Positions 38,911 to 49,086 are shown, counted from the first letter of the stretch. The stretch is 64,000 bases of DNA from Gammaproteobacteria bacterium (GCA_029253965.1 JAQWYM010000004.1:44546-108545), one strand, 5' to 3'. Translations and numbers: made by a program. Notes: generated by a model not told the origin, from the letters alone.

Positions 38911-39804
38911 ATGGAATATAAAGACTATTATAAAATTTTAGATGTCCAACGTGATGCTAGTGAGGCTGAGATAAAGCAGTCTTACCGTCGCTTGGCTCGC
39001 AAGTATCATCCTGATGTTAGCAAGGTGGCGAATGCTGAAGCGCGCTTCAAAGAGCTTGGTGAAGCCTATGAAGTATTAAAAGATGGTGAAAAGCGTAAGA
39101 GCTATGATCAGCTTGGAGCGAATTGGAAATCAGGTGAGCAGTTTCGCCCACCTCCGGGTTGGGGTGGTGCGGGTCAGGGCGGCTTTCAGGGAGGAGCTGG
39201 AGCACAGGGTGGCTTCAGTGATTTCTTCGAAAGTGTCTTTGGTGGCGGCCGTGGACCTGCTGCAGGTCGTGGTGGTTTCCAAGGGGCTGGCCAAGATCAA
39301 AATGCAACTTTTAGAATATCTGTTGAGGATGCTTTTACAGGGGCAGAAAAAACCATTCGTATGTCGGGCCGTAGTCCCCTGCAGGTAAAGATTCCAGCAG
39401 GCATCATCAGTGGCAAGAAGATTCGTCTCCGAGGTCAGGGCGAAGAAGGGATGCGTGGTGGGCCTAGAGGCGATTTGTATTTAGAGATTACAGTAACTGA
39501 TAGTGAGCGCTATCAGTTAAAAGATAAAGACATCTATACGAAGCTAAAAATTTCTCCTTGGGAAGCTGCCCTTGGCGAAAAAGTTTCAGTGGCAACACCG
39601 GCGGGTGACATTGGGTTAAAAATCCCTGCCGCTTCACAAACAGGTCGCAAGATGCGTCTTAGTGGACGTGGTATGCCGGGCAAGGTGCCGGGTAATTTTT
39701 ATGTGGAACTCGCCATTGTTACACCAACGGCTGACAGTGATGAAGATATCGCGCAGTATCAGGCGATGAAACAACACTTTGATTTTGACCCGCGCGAGGA
39801 ATAA
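38911..39804 (+). CDS. cbpA: Curved-DNA-binding J-domain protein CbpA-like (DnaJ class without zinc finger)
   Basis: J domain (DYYKILDV...YHPDVSK), G/F-rich linker and DnaJ C-terminal domains. No CxxCxGxG repeats. Confidence 0.78.
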   Translation: MEYKDYYKILDVQRDASEAEIKQSYRRLARKYHPDVSKVANAEARFKELGEAYEVLKDGEKRKSYDQLGANWKSGEQFRPPPGWGGAGQGGFQGGAGAQGGFSDFFESVFGGGRGPAAGRGGFQGAGQDQNATFRISVEDAFTGAEKTIRMSGRSPLQVKIPAGIISGKKIRLRGQGEEGMRGGPRGDLYLEITVTDSERYQLKDKDIYTKLKISPWEAALGEKVSVATPAGDIGLKIPAASQTGRKMRLSGRGMPGKVPGNFYVELAIVTPTADSDEDIAQYQAMKQHFDFDPREE

Positions 39805-39807
39805 AGA

Positions 39808-41172
39808 GTGCGTTACGGACTAAAATTAGTTGGTGGTTTATTGTCCTGTCTCTTTGCCCTAGAAATCGCTGTGGCCGGTTTGCCACAAAGTCTGGGCGCT
39901 GAAGCGCTACCAAGTTTGGCGCCGATGCTGGAGACGACCATGCCCAGTGTGGTTAATATTGCCACCTCAGGTACAGTGGTTGAGCGCAGCCCATTATTTA
40001 AAGACCCCTTCTTCCAACACTTTTTTAACACCCCTGAAATGCAGCGTGAACGTCGACGTACGGGTCTTGGCTCTGGCGTTATCTTAGATGCTGAAAAGGG
40101 TTATATCGTCACTAACCATCATGTCATTGAACATGCGGATGATATTCTCGTAACGCTCAGCGATGGTCGCAAGTTTAGCGCACAGATTGTTGGTGTCGAT
40201 CCACGTGCTGATTTGGCCGTAATTCAAATTAAAGCAAAAAAGCTGAGTGCCATTCCACTTGCTGATTCATCAAAGTTACGGGTGGGTGATTTTGTTGTTG
40301 CCATCGGTAATCCATTTGGTCTGGGCCAAACCGTGACCTCCGGTATTGTCAGTGCACTCGGGCGCAGCGGTTTAGGCATAGAAGATTATGAAGACTTCAT
40401 TCAAACCGACGCCTCGATTAACCCCGGTAACTCAGGCGGTGCACTGGTGAATCTTCGTGGCGAGTTGATTGGTATTAATACAGCCATTGTTGGGCCGAAT
40501 GGTGGTAGCGTCGGCATTGGTTTTGCGATTGCCATAAATATGGCGCGTGATATCACTGCACAGTTGATTGAGTTTGGTGGCGTGAAGCGTGGCTATATTG
40601 GTTTTCGTGTGCAAAATATCAGCCGTGAGCTAGCACAGGCCTTTGCCTTGGAAGATCATAATGGGGTGGTTGTGACGCAGGTATCTAAAGGTTCGCCAGC
40701 ACAAAGAGCAGGCTTACGCATGGGTGATGTGATTACCGGCGTTAATCAGGTCAAGGTCAAAGATGCCACCGATGTTAGAAATCAGATTGGTGTTTCACGT
40801 GTTGGCCAAACATTGAAAATTGATCTTTTGCGAGATAATAAAACAAGACGCATTGAAGCTGAGATTATTGAGCGTAGCGTGCCTAAGCGTCAGGGAGAGG
40901 ACTTTGTCAGGCAACTCAGTGGCGCTGAATTCGCCTTGATCGAAGAGCCTCGGCGAGAGCTTAAGGGTGAGACAGTGATTCTGCTGAGCGCTGTTGATGA
41001 AAATACAGCTGCTGCAAGCTGGGGTTTGAATCAGGGCGATATTATTCGGGCTATCAATAAAATTACTGTGCGTGACTTTGAACAAATGGAAGCCGCAATT
41101 GCCACTTCAAACCGTGGCATGCTGCTGAATATAGAACGCGACAAGCGCATGCTTTATATTTTAATTCGTTAG
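39808..41172 (+). CDS. Do-family periplasmic serine endoprotease (DegP/DegQ/MucD type) with two PDZ domains
   Basis: Signal peptide and catalytic triad context (TNHHVIEHAD, DLAVIQI, GNSGGALV). Starts 3 nt after the cbpA stop, at a GTG. Confidence 0.85.
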   Translation: MRYGLKLVGGLLSCLFALEIAVAGLPQSLGAEALPSLAPMLETTMPSVVNIATSGTVVERSPLFKDPFFQHFFNTPEMQRERRRTGLGSGVILDAEKGYIVTNHHVIEHADDILVTLSDGRKFSAQIVGVDPRADLAVIQIKAKKLSAIPLADSSKLRVGDFVVAIGNPFGLGQTVTSGIVSALGRSGLGIEDYEDFIQTDASINPGNSGGALVNLRGELIGINTAIVGPNGGSVGIGFAIAINMARDITAQLIEFGGVKRGYIGFRVQNISRELAQAFALEDHNGVVVTQVSKGSPAQRAGLRMGDVITGVNQVKVKDATDVRNQIGVSRVGQTLKIDLLRDNKTRRIEAEIIERSVPKRQGEDFVRQLSGAEFALIEEPRRELKGETVILLSAVDENTAAASWGLNQGDIIRAINKITVRDFEQMEAAIATSNRGMLLNIERDKRMLYILIR

Positions 41173-41189
41173 ACTTTGTAACAAATGTT

Positions 41190-41420
41190 TTAACCGCCGG
41201 TTACCGGTGGGAAAAAGGCAAGCTCATCACCATCATTCAGAGGGGTATCGAGAGTGCTGTATTCCTGATTAATTGCGCACAGTAGATTGTCTGGCTGCGA
41301 TTCAGTCGTCAGCTGCGCCCATATAGACTGTGGTGTTTGTGTCTCAGTGCATTCTATATCAACTTCATTAAGCTTCACGCTCTCGCGTAAGCTAGCAAAA
41401 AAATGGACTTTTATTGTCAT
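41190..41420 (-). CDS. moaD: Molybdopterin synthase sulfur-carrier subunit MoaD
   Basis: 76-aa ubiquitin-like protein ending FFPPVTGG. Confidence 0.78.
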   Translation of the reverse strand: MTIKVHFFASLRESVKLNEVDIECTETQTPQSIWAQLTTESQPDNLLCAINQEYSTLDTPLNDGDELAFFPPVTGG

Positions 41421-41488
41421 GGGATAGAGAACCTTGGTGTTTAAAGTGGTGTATAATTTATCTACTCTTTTTTAACCATAAGTCAGCT

Positions 41489-41965
41489 GTGAGTCAACTA
41501 ACACATTTTAATCAAGCCGGTGAGGCACACATGGTCGATATCGGCAGTAAAGCCGAGACAGATCGTTTAGCAATCGCGACCGGAAGCATCCAAATGCAAG
41601 CCGAGACCCTCGATCTTATTCAACAGGGTGGCCATAAGAAAGGTGATGTGCTCGGGATTGCACGGATTGCTGGCATTATGGCAGCGAAAAAAACATCTGA
41701 ACTGATTCCTCTTTGTCATCCGCTACAATTAACTTCAGTTAAGGTTAATTTCAACTGCAATGTGGAAGCATTGCAGATTGAATGCAGCGTACAGGTTAAG
41801 ACCAGTGGCGCCACCGGTGTCGAGATGGAAGCGTTGACTGCGGTGCAAGTTGCGCTGTTGACGATTTATGACATGTGTAAAGCCGTAGATCGCGGCATGG
41901 TTATGCAAGCGATACAACTAGAACAAAAAGAAGGCGGTAAGTCGGGCGTTTGGAGTAGAGAATAA
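41489..41965 (+). CDS. moaC: Cyclic pyranopterin monophosphate synthase MoaC
   Basis: [41 protein letters not shown] and DMCKAVD motifs. In-frame GTG at 41489 preferred over the longer track ORF. Confidence 0.9.
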   Translation: MSQLTHFNQAGEAHMVDIGSKAETDRLAIATGSIQMQAETLDLIQQGGHKKGDVLGIARIAGIMAAKKTSELIPLCHPLQLTSVKVNFNCNVEALQIECSVQVKTSGATGVEMEALTAVQVALLTIYDMCKAVDRGMVMQAIQLEQKEGGKSGVWSRE

Positions 41966-42043
41966 TAACGTTTAATCAGTCCCTGAATCATCGTGAGCTG
42001 GGTCTGCTTGATTCCTGCTAACTAATTCATGAGGGGCTGATTA

Positions 42044-43849
42044 ATGAAAGGGTTTAAATTTATATTTAGCACAGCACTCGTTGTGCTTCTTATCTTTGTG
42101 GTGATCGCCACGATTTTTTTGTTGACGTTTGACGCCAATGAAAACAAGCAAAGTATTACAGATTTCATTAAAAAACAAACTGGTCGCGAGTTGCTTTTAG
42201 AGGGTGATGTTTATCTTAGTGTCTTTCCTAAGATTGCAATTATCTTAGGGCCAGCAGAGCTGAGTAATGCGCAGGGTTTTAAAACAAAGACATTTGCTCA
42301 GGTGGACAAAGCAACAATCAGTGTTGCCTTGCTGCCGCTACTTAGTGGTGATGTGAAAGTTGATAAGATTGAACTGCATGGACTACGGGTTAATTTAGAA
42401 ACCAAGGCCTTGGGGAAAAATAACTGGGATGATCTGATTAAGTCAGAAGGCACTGAGTCAAACTCAGATGAATCTCACTCAGAAGCGTATCAGTTGTCGA
42501 TTGGTGGTATTCAGATTAGTGATGCGCAACTGTATTACAGTGATCAGGTAGCGAATTCAAAACTGCGCTTAGACATCATTGCGTTGCAGACAGGAGCCAT
42601 CAGCGACGGGAATAAAACATCACTGCATAATGTAATAGCTCTGCAGCAAAATGCTACTGAATTAGAACTAGTGCTCGATACACAACTCTATACTGACTTC
42701 ACCAACAGCCGTTATCAACTGCAAGATTTGAAGATAGCTATGACAGTGCGTATGGCTGGGTTACCGCAGGGGGAGAGCGTTCTTAAAATAGCAGCCGATG
42801 CCAAGTTTGACCTGAAACAAGAGTTGGTAAATATAGAGCCAATGGCGTTAACCCTTGATGAAGACAGCGTGCATGGTACTTTCAATATTAAATCATTTTC
42901 ACAACCCAAAGTTACAGCCCAGTTATCCAGTCAGTCATTAAACCTTGATCGATGGCTTGCGCCGACAGAAGAAGTGAAGGCCGGAAAACAGTCTCCAGCG
43001 AGTGATGAGATAATATTGCCAATTGAAATGCTGCGCTCATTAAATATTTTAGTAGAGCTGACTGTTGCACAATTAAAAGTTTCAGAGCTCTCTCTAGGTA
43101 ATGTGAAAACAAAGCTGCATGCAAACGCAGGTGTGATAGAAGTTAAAGCATTCAATGCTGATTTTTATCAGGGGGAAATTAATGTTCAGGGTAAGCTGGA
43201 TGTTCGTCAATCAACACCACGTTATGCTGCCACGAGTGTCCTCAAAAAAGTCCAGTTAGCACCTTTAACAAAAGATGTTATGGCAATAAAAAAGCCTATA
43301 TTAAAAGGTGTTGCAATGGCGCAGTTTGCCATCACCAGTCATGGTCATCGACTGAGTCATTTGCGTGAAAACTTAGCCGGCAATATGAGTTTTAAGATCT
43401 CTGATGGCGTCCTAGCTAATCAGGGTTTAACCCGTGCATTGGAGCAGGCAGTAGCCTTGTTAGAAGGTCGCGTGGCAGAGTCTTCAGGTAAGGAGATCTT
43501 ACTCAAACAAGCAACAGCCAGTGCGACGATTGTTAACGGCCTACTAAAAAATAAAGATCTTAAGCTGCAGACAGCCTTATTTGACGGTAATGGTCGTGGG
43601 CGAATAAACATTGCAAAGAGTCGTATTGATTACGTTTTAAAGATGGGACTTCCCGGAGCTAAGAATAAGGTTAGCCTGCCAATTCGTTTGCATGGGCCAT
43701 GGGCTGATATGCAATACAGTGTTGATGTTAAGGCGGCTCTTAACGGCAAGGTGAATAATCAGATAGAGAAAGAAAAGGAAAAAATAGAGAAGAAGATTAA
43801 AAAGAAGGCACAAGATATATTTGGTGACAAGTTGAAAAACTTATTCTGA
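42044..43849 (+). CDS. asmA: AsmA family outer-membrane assembly protein
   Basis: 601 aa with an N-terminal TM anchor and an extended beta-rich body. Sits directly upstream of mutY. Family assignment is by overall resemblance. Confidence 0.68.
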   Translation: MKGFKFIFSTALVVLLIFVVIATIFLLTFDANENKQSITDFIKKQTGRELLLEGDVYLSVFPKIAIILGPAELSNAQGFKTKTFAQVDKATISVALLPLLSGDVKVDKIELHGLRVNLETKALGKNNWDDLIKSEGTESNSDESHSEAYQLSIGGIQISDAQLYYSDQVANSKLRLDIIALQTGAISDGNKTSLHNVIALQQNATELELVLDTQLYTDFTNSRYQLQDLKIAMTVRMAGLPQGESVLKIAADAKFDLKQELVNIEPMALTLDEDSVHGTFNIKSFSQPKVTAQLSSQSLNLDRWLAPTEEVKAGKQSPASDEIILPIEMLRSLNILVELTVAQLKVSELSLGNVKTKLHANAGVIEVKAFNADFYQGEINVQGKLDVRQSTPRYAATSVLKKVQLAPLTKDVMAIKKPILKGVAMAQFAITSHGHRLSHLRENLAGNMSFKISDGVLANQGLTRALEQAVALLEGRVAESSGKEILLKQATASATIVNGLLKNKDLKLQTALFDGNGRGRINIAKSRIDYVLKMGLPGAKNKVSLPIRLHGPWADMQYSVDVKAALNGKVNNQIEKEKEKIEKKIKKKAQDIFGDKLKNLF

Positions 43850-43987
43850 TGCTGAAAGCCAAATAGCTTAGAGCCTATTTCAAGCCCGGCTTGGGCTAGG
43901 CTTTGTACTCTGCAACGAGTATTACTACAGACCGCATTTAATACCTAACTGTTAAACTAGCCATATCGTTAAACTGACATATCAGCT

Positions 43988-45043
43988 ATGCCCCCATCCT
44001 TTTCTAAACGCCTGCTGCAATGGTCACAAGATCATGGTCGTCATGACCTGCCTTGGCAGCAAGATATATCAGCCTACCGTGTCTGGATCTCAGAGGTTAT
44101 GTTGCAGCAGACTCAGGTTGAAACGGTAATCCCGTATTTTCAGCGATTTATGCAGAGCTTTCCCAGTATTCAAGCCCTTGCCAGTAGCAGCCAAGATACA
44201 GTCTTAGAGCATTGGTCTGGCCTAGGTTATTACGCACGTGGACGCAACCTGCATAAGGCGGCACAGCAGGTTGTCGCCGAGCATGATGGACAGATGCCAC
44301 AAACCTTAGAGCAGATGATCTCACTGCCTGGTATTGGACGATCAACAGCTGCAGCGATCCTGTCGATAGCGCATGGTCAGGCAGAAGCTATTCTTGATGG
44401 CAACGTCAAGCGTGTACTGGCACGACATGCCGCCATTAAGGGTTGGTATGGCGAAGCGAAAGTGTTGAAAGAATTCTGGGCCATGGCTGAAAGGTTAACG
44501 CCTGAGCAAGATAATGCGGCCTATACGCAGGCAATTATGGATCTGGGAGCCACGTTGTGTACACGACGCCAACCTCGCTGTCTGGATTGTCCAGTGGTCT
44601 CTGATTGTTTGGCGCATCAGCATGGCCTGCAGGCAGAGCTACCGACACCCAAGCCAAAGAAAAAGGTTCCGCAACGAGAAGTCTGTATGTTATTGATTCG
44701 TAATGATAATGAGCATTACTTCATGCAGAGACGTCCGGACTCAGGGATTTGGGGAGGTTTACTCAGCTTTCCTGAATTTGCCGGTATAGAAGAAGCAAAG
44801 TCTTGGGCGGCTATGCATATATCAACGCAAGATAGCGTGCAGTTACTAGAGCCTTTGAGCCATACTTTTAGCCATTTTCGCCTGCAAATCACGCCGTTAT
44901 TACTGAACTTAGCAGCAGGGGCTCCCGTGCAGGTAATGGAAGCAGATCAGTGGGTCTGGTATAAAGACGGCTCAGCTACTGGCGGCATTGCCGCACCGGT
45001 ACAAAAGATTTTGAATCGGCTTAATAGCAGACTAAACAAATAG
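43988..45043 (+). CDS. mutY: A/G-specific adenine DNA glycosylase MutY
   Basis: PWQQDISAYRVWISEVMLQQTQV, HhH-GPD LPGIGRSTAAAI, a 4Fe-4S loop (C-x6-C-x2-C-x5-C) and a NUDIX-like C-terminal domain. Confidence 0.93.
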   Translation: MPPSFSKRLLQWSQDHGRHDLPWQQDISAYRVWISEVMLQQTQVETVIPYFQRFMQSFPSIQALASSSQDTVLEHWSGLGYYARGRNLHKAAQQVVAEHDGQMPQTLEQMISLPGIGRSTAAAILSIAHGQAEAILDGNVKRVLARHAAIKGWYGEAKVLKEFWAMAERLTPEQDNAAYTQAIMDLGATLCTRRQPRCLDCPVVSDCLAHQHGLQAELPTPKPKKKVPQREVCMLLIRNDNEHYFMQRRPDSGIWGGLLSFPEFAGIEEAKSWAAMHISTQDSVQLLEPLSHTFSHFRLQITPLLLNLAAGAPVQVMEADQWVWYKDGSATGGIAAPVQKILNRLNSRLNK

Positions 45044-45052
45044 GGAGATACC

Positions 45053-45325
45053 ATGGCTCGAATGGTGCAATGTGTAAAGTTAGAAAAAGAGGGTGAAGGC
45101 TTAGATTTCGCACCTTATCCCGGTGATTTAGGCGCGCGCGTCTACGAAAACGTCTCAAAAGAAGGCTGGCAGGCATGGGTAAATCATCAAACCATGCTAA
45201 TTAATGAATACCGCCTGACCCCAGTAGACCCAAAAGCGCGTAAATTCATCGAAGAAGAGATGGAAAAGTTCTTCTTTGGCGAAGGCTCAGACACGCCTGG
45301 TGATTTCGTGGCACCGACTGAGTAG
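45053..45325 (+). CDS. yggX: Oxidative damage protection / Fe(II)-trafficking protein YggX
   Basis: 90 aa. The region from [12 protein letters not shown] to [10 protein letters not shown] parallels E. coli YggX. Sits downstream of mutY, as in E. coli. Confidence 0.9.
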   Translation: MARMVQCVKLEKEGEGLDFAPYPGDLGARVYENVSKEGWQAWVNHQTMLINEYRLTPVDPKARKFIEEEMEKFFFGEGSDTPGDFVAPTE

Positions 45326-45373
45326 AAATACTCAAAAACAGAAAAATATGATTCCGGAACCTGCGGTCAAAGC

Positions 45374-45402
45374 TTGACGTATCAAGCCGGAATCTATTTA
45401 AT
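45374..45402 (+). promoter_or_regulatory. Sigma-70-type promoter candidate upstream of tRNA-Phe
   Basis: TTGACG - 17 nt - TTTAAT, followed by a GC-rich discriminator (GTCCCGC) as in stable-RNA promoters. Implies a leader of about 125 nt. Confidence 0.45.
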
Positions 45403-45535
45403 GTCCCGCTGTATTTCGTAAGTTCACCGGTCTTAGCTTTCCTAGCTATAGAGACCCACTCATCGTCATTACAGCAGCAGGTTTAGGGTGGTTTCGCCAT
45501 CACAGAAGCCTCAGTTAAGTGTGTTACATCTGTTT

Positions 45536-45611
<76 letters not shown>

Positions 45612-45765
45612 TTCATACCTCCAGTTTTATTCCTATCGTCTTAATTAGCGCTAAGTTTTTAGTCGCAGCTATATGCGTTAGTCTCTATCTTAATTAGAAA
45701 GAGATGGCGGTTTTAAATCAAAGAAATGTAATGTTAATGGACTAGATAAATATTATTTTGAAAAG

Positions 45766-46299
45766 TTATATTAATAACTTAGAGAAATTCGAATCCGCTA
45801 CAATTTTATATATTAAATCCTGAACAGCAGGAGTTAAAGCATCAGCTGTTGCGTTACATGCTGTTATTGCATCAAAACCACTTTTGAATTCGTAACGATT
45901 AGAAATATTGAGAGACTTTCCATTAGCTGAGACTAAGGATGAAGATATATCCCAAAACCCGCTAGTAATCCCACTTATTGATGAGAATTTAATCTCATTG
46001 ATTGTTCCTGTAATTTTTCTACCCGTTTTTGAGAATGCATCAGACATTTTCATTTCATCATTAAATGCTTTCATAATGAATTCTGAGAAGGTCAATCCAT
46101 CGGCAGGTTGAATAAAACCCATCATCCTACATGTAGAGTCAAACTTCACAGATTGAGTTATTTTAGTGATTATAAACTTTGAATTACTATAGCCTCTGAG
46201 GGCAAGAATGTTGTCAGTCGAAGTAAAGTATCTTGGTGGTTGCATCGTCGAGCAACCGGAAATAAATAAGATAAATAATAGTAGAGAAGTATATTTCAT
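45766..46299 (-). CDS. Hypothetical lipoprotein
   Basis: Lipobox LFISGCS. 177 aa. AT-rich gene lying between tRNA-Phe and the integrase remnant. Confidence 0.6.
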   Translation of the reverse strand: MKYTSLLLFILFISGCSTMQPPRYFTSTDNILALRGYSNSKFIITKITQSVKFDSTCRMMGFIQPADGLTFSEFIMKAFNDEMKMSDAFSKTGRKITGTINEIKFSSISGITSGFWDISSSLVSANGKSLNISNRYEFKSGFDAITACNATADALTPAVQDLIYKIVADSNFSKLLI

Positions 46300-46370
46300 A
46301 GAAATTCCCGGAGTTAAGTTAGCAACATATTATTTATAATATTATTAACTATAAACTTAAATTATTACTA

Positions 46371-47086
46371 TGTGGCTTTTCCTCAGCGATTTACGTGATG
46401 CAAATCTGTTGGTAGTTAACATTCGCTCCTCACTAGATTATTCTTTTGCCAGTATTCAAGTCATTTTTAACATTTTTATTTACGGGCATACTATAGAATC
46501 TAAGGAATATTTTTAGAGTGAACAGCCGCTAAGTGAAAAAGACAATGCGTTGAAACAACAACCATTAGCTATAGACGATATATGACTTAATAAGGAGCAC
46601 TGTAAGGGTGTCGATGATGATATGAGATGACTGGCAGGGCTTATGAGTGGCACAGATTATGTGCTTAGCTGAATCCGCTGGCTTAATTGTTGATGACCAA
46701 TATCTAAACGAAGAGGCGCCAGATGTTGTTATTCGTAGACAGAAACATAGATTATTGTAGATTTAGGAGTTCCGAACATATCGTTCTTTAGAAAGTGTAT
46801 CATTCTATGCCGCTCAGCAAATTTAACAGAACGCACAAGGAAATGAATACTGCATAACTGGCTACTGTAATGCAAAAGTCTGTAACGGTAACTCAGCCAG
46901 TGCAGCATTGAATAAATGGCTTAAGTCTGTGATTGGGAATGACGACTACGTTCCGCATGGCTACGACATAGTTTTAGAGACAGGCTAAGAGCAGTAGATG
47001 CGATTATTGAGATGAAAGAAAGGTTGGGTGATTGGTCGTTGAAGACAATTATCCTACAAGTTATTAAGAGTTATACAGAGACATGA
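46371..47086 (+). pseudogene. Degraded tyrosine recombinase (phage-type integrase) remnant
   Basis: Three reading frames pieced together give integrase-like segments. These include LAESAGLIVDDQYLNEEAPDVVIR (cf. the TG-R-SE..L...D region), NKWLKSVIGNDDYVPHG then, after a frameshift, LRHSFRDRLRAVD (box II H-x-LRH), and ERLGDWSLKTIILQVIKSY (LGH...Y with H changed to D). There are multiple stops and frameshifts. Confidence 0.65.
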
Positions 47087-47322
47087 ACCCCAACTAGTTT
47101 AATCCCCTAAGCAGGACCTATAAATAATTGGATTATTTCTACTAAATAGTGTCATTCGGCATAAGAATAAGGTCAATTTAACGTCTATATTATCTTTTCA
47201 ACTATGAAGGCTGTGGCTATAATGCAGTCTACATTCCCAAGGATTGGGACTTATTATTACGGATTCTGATAACGATGCTTTGTTTACGTTACTCCTTAAT
47301 ATTGATTACAAGGAACGTAAAC

Positions 47323-48009
47323 ATGAAAAAAGTTTTATTAGCAGTACTTTGTGCCACAAGCACAGCGGGCTTTGCCGATTCAACAGTATTTGAGGGCATG
47401 GCAGTTGATTTATCTGTAGGTTACCAAAAGACCGAAAGAGACTCAGCGTCAACTGCAACGTCAATTGATGGAGGTGTAGCCACGAAGGTTTCAGCGTCAT
47501 CCACATCACATGACAAAAGCGATGCCGGTGTAATACTAGGTGTTTCTTATAATTTTGCCCTTAGCAGCAATTATCTGTTGGGTGTTGGTTTCGATTATGA
47601 CTTTGCAGAGCACAAAATGGGCACTCCAGTCTTAGATAATGATCCATCTGATGCAACAACCGACTGGGAATTGAGTGATGCGATGAGTTTATACATCAAG
47701 CCGCAATTTATGATAACGGACAAGAGTCAAGTCTATGTAAAATTAGCCTACATTAGGGCTGACGTTGAGATGACTGATTCTAGCCCTGATTACGTTAAGT
47801 CAAAAAGTGAGACAGTCGACGGTTACTCACTTGGAGCAGGCTATGCAAATATGATTACTCATAACGTATCGTTTTTTGTGGAAGCCAACTACCTTAACTA
47901 TGGTAAAGAGGATGTTGGAGCATACTATAATGGTAGCCCAGACTATATTTCTTTGCCTTCAGATATTAGTGGCTACAACGCCAAGATAGGTATCGCTTAC
48001 AAATTTTAA
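47323..48009 (+). CDS. Outer-membrane beta-barrel protein (small OmpA-like/porin-family barrel)
   Basis: Signal peptide MKKVLLAVLCATSTAGFA, alternating beta-strand pattern and terminal AYKF. SD AAGGAA. Confidence 0.72.
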   Translation: MKKVLLAVLCATSTAGFADSTVFEGMAVDLSVGYQKTERDSASTATSIDGGVATKVSASSTSHDKSDAGVILGVSYNFALSSNYLLGVGFDYDFAEHKMGTPVLDNDPSDATTDWELSDAMSLYIKPQFMITDKSQVYVKLAYIRADVEMTDSSPDYVKSKSETVDGYSLGAGYANMITHNVSFFVEANYLNYGKEDVGAYYNGSPDYISLPSDISGYNAKIGIAYKF

Positions 48010-48028
48010 TCGTATCTAAACAGTTGTA

Positions 48029-48054
48029 ACACCACCTTCGGGTGGTGTTTTTTA
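48029..48054 (+). terminator. Rho-independent terminator
   Basis: AACACCACC-TTCG-GGTGGTGTT followed by a T-run. Confidence 0.88.
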
Positions 48055-48462
48055 AATTCAGCGTAGCTTATAAATTTACTACAGAAGGTAAAACTATAAG
48101 ACCCTCTATACACCTTCAATGAACCTGGAATGTTTTCCTTTCTACAAAGAACAGCCTAAGACCTAAAGCAATATTATCTATAGCTAAGAAATAGTTCACT
48201 CATTACGAACTAAGCAGCGATCTAGACCAGTTCTGGTTTTAACTACGGCTACAAAAAAAGCTGAACAACTCCCGAGCCTTAGTCACTTTCTGCAACACAG
48301 TAAGTCAGACATCAGGGCGATGAGTCAAAAGTTTTAATTATTAACTTATATTGCGCTCATATCTCATGAAAAGTTAGCTTTGTAATATAGGCTTAAGATA
48401 AACTAGATTTATTAATATTTAGAAAGTATTTAAAGTAAAGTAAAAGAAAGGATAAATATAAA

Positions 48463-48699
48463 TTGATTTTAAGAACGATCATTCTCAGCGTAGCTAAGAA
48501 TAAATATTTACATGTCTTTTTGGGTGTAATGACCATTTATGCGGGATTTTCAGAGATTTCAGGCACGCTTGTTGAGGATTTTTCTTCGTGGAATTTTAAA
48601 GGTGCACATGGGGTTATGTTTATAGGGGTTCTGCACCTGTTGCATTCACTTTCTGAATTTATAGAAGCGGCTGATTATTTGAAGGAAAGTATTGATTAA
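48463..48699 (+). CDS. Small hypothetical membrane protein
   Basis: 78 aa with a TTG start and AAAGGA upstream. Two hydrophobic segments. Low confidence that it is expressed. Confidence 0.35.
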   Translation: MILRTIILSVAKNKYLHVFLGVMTIYAGFSEISGTLVEDFSSWNFKGAHGVMFIGVLHLLHSLSEFIEAADYLKESID

Positions 48700-49086
48700 A
48701 TCCCACATATAAATGGCTCGCACAACTTTTGAGTAGATATATGTTTAAAAAAGCATGACTGAATAGTTTTTTATTGGTAAGGATAATAATTGATTGATAC
48801 TTTTCAACCTAGCAGAGGGCTAGAGTGAGGAATTGAAAAACTTATGTGTCACTAATTATTTCACTCATACCTTAAAAGATTTTAATCTAGTACTATTGTC
48901 TTCATGATAATTAGTGGTCAATATCAGTGGCTCGTGGCCTGTGAGGCTGTAAAGGAGGATTAAATTAAACTGATCAAGGCAGGTTGAACTTTCACAATTT
49001 TATATTAGTGATTAAAGATGTGAATATTATCCTTAACCTAAGCAACGCTTCATAAGGCCTTTAATCTTGGTTTTATGGCGCAATAT

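Noticed and set aside
39150-39300. Repetitive GGN-rich DNA
   Set aside because: It encodes the glycine/phenylalanine-rich linker of the CbpA-like J-protein, so it is a codon-level repeat rather than a DNA element.
48057-48500. Short shared strings (TCAGCGTAGCT twice, TAGCTAAGAA twice) in the islet spacers
   Set aside because: At 10-11 nt they are within chance expectation, and there is no extended similarity around them.
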